This document shows, piece by piece, positions 57,230-64,000 of a DNA stretch of 64,000 nucleotides (positions are counted from its first letter, which is position 1; every line of letters starts with the position of its first letter). Source of the DNA: Planctomycetota bacterium (lineage in GTDB: Bacteria; Planctomycetota; PLA2; JAEUHO01); assembly GCA_965222115.1 (NCBI GenBank), contig CBDCTJ010000007.1, positions 2,368,001 through 2,432,000 on the forward strand, given 5' to 3'. The notes beneath the pieces are model-generated. The model was given only the letters and a program-made list of their open reading frames with translations, was not told the DNA's origin and searched no databases. A program made the translations under genes and the position numbers.

Positions 57230-58870
57230 ATGAAGTTCTTATTGCGTCTATTGTGTATCCCAGCTTTCGCGCTTTCACTCGCCGCTTGCGGCGGCGGGGG
57301 CGGTGGAAACAACGCGACGCCTCCCGGGCAGCAGATCGCGGTGCTCGATGTTGATATCGCGGCCGGCACGGTAACCGTGACCAGTCCTGCGAGTCATCTA
57401 GTTGTTACGGGAACGTCGACCGACGATGGCGGTGGCAATGCCACGGTGAATCTCTCGGTATTGAGCAACTTTCCACGCTTGCTATTCAATTTGAAGGCGC
57501 TCGTAACGTCGCTCAGCGACGGGACCACCGCGGGCGACGGCGATTTTGCCGGCGATCCGTACGTCTACTTCGGACCCAACGCGCTTGCGCCAGCGGCCAC
57601 CGAGTCGAGTTCGCTGACCATTACGGGACTTGGTGGCACCACCTTCAGCATGACCGTTGAGTGGGTGGACCATCCCATGGTGTTTGTGCCCGGCGACAAC
57701 AACGGTGGAGGCCCGATCCTTGCCATGGACTCATCAGGGACTGGCGAGAACAACCCGATCGATACCGACGCATTCGCGCTTCATGCAGGAGGAAACGCGG
57801 GCAATCAAGGCGGGGCCGTGTCCCCAGACGGCCGCTTTCTTTACCTGGCGCCAAGAAATCAGCCCGGCATCATCACGGTCGATCTTACGACCATGACCCC
57901 CGTGATGGGTGCCGACTTGACTGGTGGCACGATCGCGTTCGACGCCACAGGTTCAGTAGGTTTCCTTGATGACGTCATCATGTCGCCCGATGGGCAGTTC
58001 CTTTATGCGCTCCTGACGGAGGGATGTCATTCCGGCGGCAGTTTTGGGGGCGACGTCGATGGACATGGCGGTGCATCCCTCGTGGCACCTTCGGATGTTC
58101 ATATTGTAAAGCTCAATCGCGTGACACAGGCAGAGGTTGGACGTGCCACGTTGGCGACAGCCCTCCCGCTTGTTGATGGCAATTCTCCAACGGGCAAGGG
58201 ACTCAGTCTCTCACCTTCGGGTACGCGGCTCGCGGCATGCATACGAGAGGGTGGGATGGTGTACGTTGTGGACGCCGCAACAATGACTATCTTTGATGCA
58301 GACCTCGTTACGGCGGGGACGCAGGGATTTGACACGACCAGCATTGGGAATCGGCCGCGCAGGACGGTTTTCCGCGACGACAACAGTGTGCTCGTCGCCC
58401 TCTCAGGCGATGGGGATTCGAGTGGCGGTACACACGACTCAACAATGTTGACGATCGATGTTGCCGCTCGCACCGTTGGGTCCTTGGCGCCGGCGGCGGA
58501 GTACGCCGGGACGTACACATACAACTACATCGGTGCCGTTCGCAGGCACCCGGATGGGCGCATGTTCATCTTTCACCCCTACAATGACAACTTCCCCTGT
58601 GTAGCTGCCTATGATTTCGGCGCAAACATGTGGACGACCGCGTTTGACAATCCAGACTCGTTCGATACGGCGGGCGCGTGCTTCAGTCCCGACGGATCAA
58701 GGGTGTATATATACGTCCGACGAGGTCTCACAGACGTTGAAGACTCTTTGGTGATCCTCGATGCCGATACCTTGCTCATCGAGCCCATGGAGGCGACCGG
58801 TGATGACGAAGTGCTAACCCAAGGCACGAACACGCCCTACGGCCACACCTGCATCGTGACGCCGTTCTAG
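57230..58870 (+). CDS. Lipoprotein with beta-propeller (YVTN/lactonase-like) repeats
   Basis: GGAGG RBS, LAAC lipobox, repeated SPDGRFLY, SPDGQFLY and SPDGSRVY blades. Confidence 0.75.
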   Translation: MKFLLRLLCIPAFALSLAACGGGGGGNNATPPGQQIAVLDVDIAAGTVTVTSPASHLVVTGTSTDDGGGNATVNLSVLSNFPRLLFNLKALVTSLSDGTTAGDGDFAGDPYVYFGPNALAPAATESSSLTITGLGGTTFSMTVEWVDHPMVFVPGDNNGGGPILAMDSSGTGENNPIDTDAFALHAGGNAGNQGGAVSPDGRFLYLAPRNQPGIITVDLTTMTPVMGADLTGGTIAFDATGSVGFLDDVIMSPDGQFLYALLTEGCHSGGSFGGDVDGHGGASLVAPSDVHIVKLNRVTQAEVGRATLATALPLVDGNSPTGKGLSLSPSGTRLAACIREGGMVYVVDAATMTIFDADLVTAGTQGFDTTSIGNRPRRTVFRDDNSVLVALSGDGDSSGGTHDSTMLTIDVAARTVGSLAPAAEYAGTYTYNYIGAVRRHPDGRMFIFHPYNDNFPCVAAYDFGANMWTTAFDNPDSFDTAGACFSPDGSRVYIYVRRGLTDVEDSLVILDADTLLIEPMEATGDDEVLTQGTNTPYGHTCIVTPF

Positions 58871-58891
58871 TGATTCGTCAAAGACGAATCA
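58871..58891 (+). terminator. Hairpin after the beta-propeller gene
   Basis: Perfect stem TGATTCGTC-AAA-GACGAATCA with a weak U-tract. Confidence 0.4.
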
Positions 58892-59543
58892 GTAAGTTGT
58901 GTTCTTCTCACGCGTGGAGTTTCGAGTAGAGCTCTTGAGCTTGGTCCGCGCCTTCGTCGGCGCGACCATTTGCCGTCTTGGCATCCAAGATGTCCTCGCG
59001 CACACTCTCGCGAAACGTTCGCTTGAGCAAATCATCAACTACACCCGCGATGGGTACAGCCACCGGCCCCAACCGGCCTCAACCGGCGCGCAACGAGGTT
59101 AGCACCGGGCACCGCGGGTTCATCTCGTCACGAAAGAATCTTGCGCATTACTAGAATTGCCGGCTTACCAGGTTGTATCAATCCTGCAATCCCTCCGCGC
59201 CACATGCCGTTGCCCGTTTCGTAAGGCGCGGCGCCAAAGATCTCTGCAAGCGATGCGCGTTCCAATTCTGAACTTAGCGGTGTGACATTCGCCTGGCGAC
59301 AGCAAATTGGCGCGATTCACTTCGACTAAGCAGCGGGTGAGCCCTCGCACACGCCCACTTGCAAGCCCAACGTCCGCTAAGAATGGGCGCCTGCCGTGGA
59401 TTGTAAACGTACGTGTTTCGATTCATGTACTGCACGTAAAGGGGTGTGAGGACCACCGGCCGTCGAAAACGCCGTCCTGGTAGGTTTCGCAACCATTCGA
59501 AGATGACGGTGCGAATTGACGGTTCGCCTAGGAGGTTCAGACT

Positions 59544-60587
59544 GTGGCATACGCACGCTTGGTTTCATTGGTTGTGCTGACGTTCGCGTTCAGTTTGCCC
59601 CATGCGGGTTGTGGAGGCAGCAGCGACACGATTACGCTTCAAGGTTCGGGCGCTAGCTTTCCCGCGCCGATCTACTCGCGCTGGTTTAAAGAGTACAACC
59701 GCGCCAATCCCGACGTGCGCGTCAACTACCAATCGGTGGGTTCAGGAGCCGGCGTTAAGGCGTTCATCGCTGAGCAAACCGATTTCGGCGCAAGCGACGC
59801 GGCGATGAAGGACGGTGAGATTGCGCAGGTCAAACGCGGTGCCGTGTTGCTTCCTATGACCGCTGGAAGCATCGTGTTGGCCTACAACCTTCCGGGTGTG
59901 AAGGAACTAAAGTTATCCCGCGATGCATACTCGGGCATCTTCCTTGGCAAGATAAAGAACTGGAACGATCCGAAGATCACGGAATCCAATCCAGGCCTGT
60001 CGCTCCCGGATCAATCGATCACGATTGTTCGCCGTTCGGATGGCAGTGGGACCACCTACGTGTTCACCAAGCACCTCGCCGAGATCAGTGCGGCGTGGCG
60101 CGCGGGCCCGGGGGTCGGCAAATCGATCAGTTGGCTTGGCAACAATGTAGGTGGCAAGAAGAACGACGGCGTTGCGGCACTCCTGAAACAGACCGAAGGT
60201 TCCATCGGTTACGTGGAGTACGGATTCGCGGTATCTACGAGTCTCTCCATGGCGTCCCTAGAGAACAAGGACGGCCACTACATTCATCCCTCTCCGGAGA
60301 CAGCACAGGCAGCCCTCGCCAACGTCACGCTACCCAGCAACATGATTGCCTGGGTTTCGGACCCATCGGGTGCGAACTCCTATCCGATCGTGACCTACAC
60401 ATGGATGTTGATCTACAAGCAGTACGCCGATGCCAAGAAAGTCAAGGCGCTCAAGCAAGTCCTCAAGTGGTGCTTGAACGACGGTCAAAAGTTGGCCAAT
60501 GAACTTCACTACATCCCGCTTCCCCGAAACGTGGTCGAGGTTGTGAGTCGGGCGGTGGATGGCATTGCCACGGGGGCTAGCAGCTAA
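59544..60587 (+). CDS. pstS: Phosphate ABC transporter substrate-binding protein
   Basis: GSGASFPAPIY, YQSVGSGAG, DFGASD, RRSDGSGTT, SIGYVE, YPIVTYTW. Confidence 0.96.
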   Translation: MAYARLVSLVVLTFAFSLPHAGCGGSSDTITLQGSGASFPAPIYSRWFKEYNRANPDVRVNYQSVGSGAGVKAFIAEQTDFGASDAAMKDGEIAQVKRGAVLLPMTAGSIVLAYNLPGVKELKLSRDAYSGIFLGKIKNWNDPKITESNPGLSLPDQSITIVRRSDGSGTTYVFTKHLAEISAAWRAGPGVGKSISWLGNNVGGKKNDGVAALLKQTEGSIGYVEYGFAVSTSLSMASLENKDGHYIHPSPETAQAALANVTLPSNMIAWVSDPSGANSYPIVTYTWMLIYKQYADAKKVKALKQVLKWCLNDGQKLANELHYIPLPRNVVEVVSRAVDGIATGASS

Positions 60588-61562
60588 GTGAATGTCTCTT
60601 CACCCGTAGCTGCCGTTACGCGGGGGTACGCGCGACCGCCCACGTCGCGCGAACTCATTGTTGATCGGTTCTTTCGAGGTCTCGCCCGAGCGTTCGCGGC
60701 AGGTACGATCTTACTCCTTGGCTGGATCATCTTTGTGATTGGCAAGGAAGCAGCGCCGGCGGTATCGCGTTACGGAACCGACTTTCTTACCGGAACCACA
60801 TGGGATCCTACGCGTGAGCAGTTCAGTATTCTCCCCGAGATTCACGGCACGCTCTATACCTCGATCTTTGGTCTCCTGCTCGGTGGGTTTCTCGGGGTTA
60901 TCACGGCGATCTTTCTGAGTCAGGGATTCTTGGGCCCGCGCCTCGAGCGAATCATGAAGAACGTCGTCGAGCTCTTGGCGGCGATTCCCAGCGTAGTGTA
61001 CGGACTCTGGGGCATCTTCTTCGTGATTCCGGCTGTCAAGCCGGGCGCCGATTGGCTCCACGAGCACTTTGGTTGGTTTCCTCTCTTCAACACCGAACTT
61101 GTTGGCCCAGGCTTCCTTCCCGCGTCGCTTGTATTGGCCATCATGATTCTTCCAACCGTGACGGCGATCTCACGCGAGGCGATGGTCGCCGTGCCGCCGA
61201 AGTTGAAAGAGGCATCCTTTGGCCTGGGCGCGACGCGGTGGGAAACCATCCGCAAGGTCGTGTTGCCCACATCGGCGACCGGTGTGTTCGGTGCGCTAGT
61301 CCTTGGCTTTGGCCGCGCGCTCGGCGAGACGATGGCACTGGCCATGCTCGTCGGCAACGATAACGTGCTCAGTTTCTCTTTGTTCTCTCCCGGAAACACG
61401 CTGTCCGCGCTACTTGCAAACTACTTCCCTGAAGCAAACGCCGTAGAGGTTGGTGCCCTCATGTACGCGGCGCTTGTGTTGTTGCTCATTACGTTGGCCG
61501 TCAACATCGTGGGATCACTCATCATGCTGCGTGCCGGTCGCAATCTAAAGGGGGTGCGGTGA
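60588..61562 (+). CDS. pstC: Phosphate ABC transporter permease
   Basis: ELLAAIPSVVYGLWG, LAIMILP, LGATRWE, GRALGETMA. Confidence 0.95.
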   Translation: MNVSSPVAAVTRGYARPPTSRELIVDRFFRGLARAFAAGTILLLGWIIFVIGKEAAPAVSRYGTDFLTGTTWDPTREQFSILPEIHGTLYTSIFGLLLGGFLGVITAIFLSQGFLGPRLERIMKNVVELLAAIPSVVYGLWGIFFVIPAVKPGADWLHEHFGWFPLFNTELVGPGFLPASLVLAIMILPTVTAISREAMVAVPPKLKEASFGLGATRWETIRKVVLPTSATGVFGALVLGFGRALGETMALAMLVGNDNVLSFSLFSPGNTLSALLANYFPEANAVEVGALMYAALVLLLITLAVNIVGSLIMLRAGRNLKGVR

Positions 61563-62431
61563 GTAACGCGGGTCCCGATTTGGTAAAGACACTCAAGAAT
61601 CCGCGTACGTTTTCGAGCGCGTTTCTGTCTGTCATGGCAACAGGCCTGAGCCTCGTGGCACTTTTGCCACTGCTGTGCGTGCTCTACATGTTGATTACGA
61701 AGGGTTCCTCGGCCATCAGTGCGGGCCTCTTTACGGAGTTGCCTCCGGCTGCAGGTATGGATGGCGGCGGCATTGGGAATGCCATAGTCGGTACGCTGGT
61801 GATGACCGGTATTGCGTCGTTGCTCTCAATTCCCTTTGGAATCTTGGCGGCCGTATTTCTGTCGGAGTACGGAGGGACCTCAAAATTCGCAGGTGCCGTT
61901 CGTTTCGCCGCCAAAGTGCTTACGGGATTGCCATCCATTTTGGCTGGTGTCTTTGCCTATGCCATTGTCGTGGTCACGATGGGGTCCTTTAGCGCTCTGG
62001 CCGGGGGAGTGGCATTGGCCGTACTCATGTTGCCAACGGTGCTGCTCACTGCCGAAGAAGCGATTCGGATGGTGCCCAACAAGATGCGCGAAGCAGCGGT
62101 CGGCATGGGGTGCACAAAGGCACAGACCGTGCTCAAAGTTGTTTTACCAACGGCAACACCCGGCATTTTGACCGGTGTCATGTTGGCGGTTGCACGTTCC
62201 ATGGGCGAAACGGCACCGCTGCTCTTGACGGCGTTGTTCTCCGACTACTGGTTCTCCGGTGATGTGAGTGAGCCTGCGGCGTCTTTGGCAGTGCTGATCT
62301 ACAACTTCTCCGGTAGCCCATTTGAGAATCAAATCAATTTGGCGTGGGCCGCTGCGTTGGTGTTGGTCGCCTTGGTATTGGTGATCAATATCGTGGGCCA
62401 ACTGTTCACAAGCAAGCAGGCGGTTCGGTGA
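61559..62431 (+). CDS. pstA: Phosphate ABC transporter permease
   Basis: GGIGNAIVGT, LSEY, GLPSILAG, ARSMGETAPLL. Confidence 0.95.
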   Translation: MSNAGPDLVKTLKNPRTFSSAFLSVMATGLSLVALLPLLCVLYMLITKGSSAISAGLFTELPPAAGMDGGGIGNAIVGTLVMTGIASLLSIPFGILAAVFLSEYGGTSKFAGAVRFAAKVLTGLPSILAGVFAYAIVVVTMGSFSALAGGVALAVLMLPTVLLTAEEAIRMVPNKMREAAVGMGCTKAQTVLKVVLPTATPGILTGVMLAVARSMGETAPLLLTALFSDYWFSGDVSEPAASLAVLIYNFSGSPFENQINLAWAAALVLVALVLVINIVGQLFTSKQAVR

Positions 62432-62454
62432 CCGGAACTGCAGTAGGAGATCCC

Positions 62455-62557
62455 ATGGTGACGAATGTCGTGAATGCCCCTGAGCCGCCCGTTGCGCCCA
62501 GCGACCAAGCCTTCGCGCTTGAGGCCGACATGAAGAAACTCTATTACGGGAAATTCC
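62455..62557 (+). pseudogene. pstB: pstB 5' fragment, interrupted by ISL3 (frame resumes after the IS, continuing past the window end)
   Basis: Follows pstA with an AGGAGA RBS. Removing the IS and one TSD copy restores ...LYYGKFLAVR, a typical PstB N-terminal motif. Confidence 0.85.
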
Positions 62558-63980
62558 GGCTCTACTGCTCTTTGTGTGGGTCGTACATTTGCGATTTCTT
62601 GTCCTGCCGCCCCTAAGAGGGCGCGGACGGCAGGAAAAGAAATGATGTTTGTTAGAACAGGCTGTCACAACCTAGAGGTGCCCACGGGACTCATGTTTCT
62701 TTGTTGGTTACGAAATCGACAAATCAACAGAGGAGCCCCATGCGCGCCACCACGTTATTGCATCGGATGATCGATGTCCCGGGGATGTACGTCCGATCGG
62801 TAGATTTTTCGCTGCGTGGCGTGATCGCCACGGTGTCTCCGCGCCATCGCCTGCCTCGTTGCAGTGGGTGTGGGGAAAGGGCCCCGGGCTACGATCGGCT
62901 GAGATCTAGGTTTTGGCGCCACCTGGGGATCGGTTCTACGCGAGTGTGGTTCAGATACTCACCGCGTCGCGTGAACTGCTCCCGTTGCGGCGTGCGAGCC
63001 GAGCAAGTGCCGTGGGCTGAGGCTCAGAGCCGATTCACAAAGGATTTCGAGGAAATGGTGGCGTACTTAGTTCGAACGACGGACAAGACGCAGGTCTCAG
63101 TCCAAATGGGCGTGACGTGGCGAACGGTTGGTTCCATCGTCACGCGTGTCGTCGCGAAACGCCAGGATCCCGACCGACTCTCGAATCTGCGCTGGATTGG
63201 CATGGATGAGTTCAGCCATCTTCGCGGACACAACTTCATTACGTTGGTTGTCGATCACGATCGTCGCCGCGTGGTGTGGGCAGCCGAAGGGAAGGATTCA
63301 GCGACGCTACGCAAGTTTTTCGAAGAGATATCGCCGGAGGACGCTGCCAAGATCGAAGGTGTAACGACGGATCTGGCGGGATGGAACCGCAAAGCCATTG
63401 CGACACACATCCCTCAAGCCCAAGTTGTATTCGATCGCTTTCACATCCAGAAGCTAGCAGGCGTGGCACTCGATGAAGTACGCCGCGAACAGCTACGAGA
63501 ACTTCGAGGCACTGATCAAGGTCGGTTCATTTTCTACTCGCGTTACGCAATCCTAAAGAACTACTGTGACCTCGATTCGAAGCAGCGGACCAAGCTCAGC
63601 GAGATCGAGCGGACGAACAAGAAGCTGTATCGCGCTTATCTCCTAAAGGAGTCGCTTGGTGCGGCACTGGATTACCTTCAACCGAAGCGAGCTCGGCGCG
63701 CCCTTCGTGAGTGGCTGGCTTGGGCGTCGCGATCCAAACTCAAACAGTTCGTGCGATTGGCCAAAACGCTTCGGGAGCACTTCGATGGCATCATCGCCTA
63801 CATCAGTTGCCGCATGACCAACGGCATCGTGGAAGGCATCAACAATCGGCTCCGCATGGTGGCTCGACGAGCATACGGATTTCACAGCGCCAAGGCGCTG
63901 ATCTCTATGTTGTTCCTGTGCAACGGCGGCATCGAACTCCATCCGAAGTTGCCATGACCCACATGAAGAGCAGGAGACTC
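62558..63980 (+). mobile_element. ISL3-family insertion sequence, 1423 bp
   Basis: 25-bp imperfect IRs (GGCTCTACTGCTCTTTGTGTGGGTC vs GAGTCTCCTGCTCTTCATGTGGGTC); 8-bp TSD GAAATTCC at 62550-62557 and 63981-63988. Confidence 0.93.
62740..63957 (+). CDS. ISL3-family transposase
   Basis: CSGC...C..C zinc finger, VPWA...RFT, GMDE, VTTD, FDRFH, TNGIVEGINN...RAYGF. Confidence 0.93.
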   Translation: MRATTLLHRMIDVPGMYVRSVDFSLRGVIATVSPRHRLPRCSGCGERAPGYDRLRSRFWRHLGIGSTRVWFRYSPRRVNCSRCGVRAEQVPWAEAQSRFTKDFEEMVAYLVRTTDKTQVSVQMGVTWRTVGSIVTRVVAKRQDPDRLSNLRWIGMDEFSHLRGHNFITLVVDHDRRRVVWAAEGKDSATLRKFFEEISPEDAAKIEGVTTDLAGWNRKAIATHIPQAQVVFDRFHIQKLAGVALDEVRREQLRELRGTDQGRFIFYSRYAILKNYCDLDSKQRTKLSEIERTNKKLYRAYLLKESLGAALDYLQPKRARRALREWLAWASRSKLKQFVRLAKTLREHFDGIIAYISCRMTNGIVEGINNRLRMVARRAYGFHSAKALISMLFLCNGGIELHPKLP

Positions 63981-64000
63981 GAAATTCCTGGCGGTTCGAG

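Noticed and set aside
58892-59543. Pho boxes or a small gene upstream of pstS
   Set aside because: No convincing 11-bp-period CTGTCAT-type repeats; short ORFs lack an RBS or recognisable motifs

Overview
GC-rich bacterial chromosome segment. The HEAT/VWA, carboxypeptidase-regulatory-like and Ser/Thr kinase repertoire suggests a Planctomycetota-like lineage (inference only). From left to right: a TolC-family gene; a kinase-VWA-gcvT-gcvH-lgt run; tRNA-Leu(TAG) preceded by three 31-bp dyads; folE; and a variant Pel exopolysaccharide operon (hydrolase-less pelA, pelB, pelD, pelE, pelF, pelG, no pelC). Next come HIT, DUF2203, a NifU-like gene that has lost its scaffold cysteines, glcD, nth coupled to a degenerate PolX-PHP, and a non-canonical cbb3 oxidase cluster. 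An 8.3-kb tyrosine-integrase island sits in tRNA-Lys(CTT), bounded by 44-bp att repeats. It carries a wHTH gene, a candidate sRNA, an array of micro-ORFs punctuated by a conserved repeat, and a secreted PelA/GH114-type glycoside hydrolase, which is the domain the chromosomal pelA lacks. Structured 150-bp repeats, two lipoprotein genes and pstSCAB follow, with pstB interrupted by an ISL3 element (8-bp target duplication). All calls come from motif reading by eye; no database searches were run.
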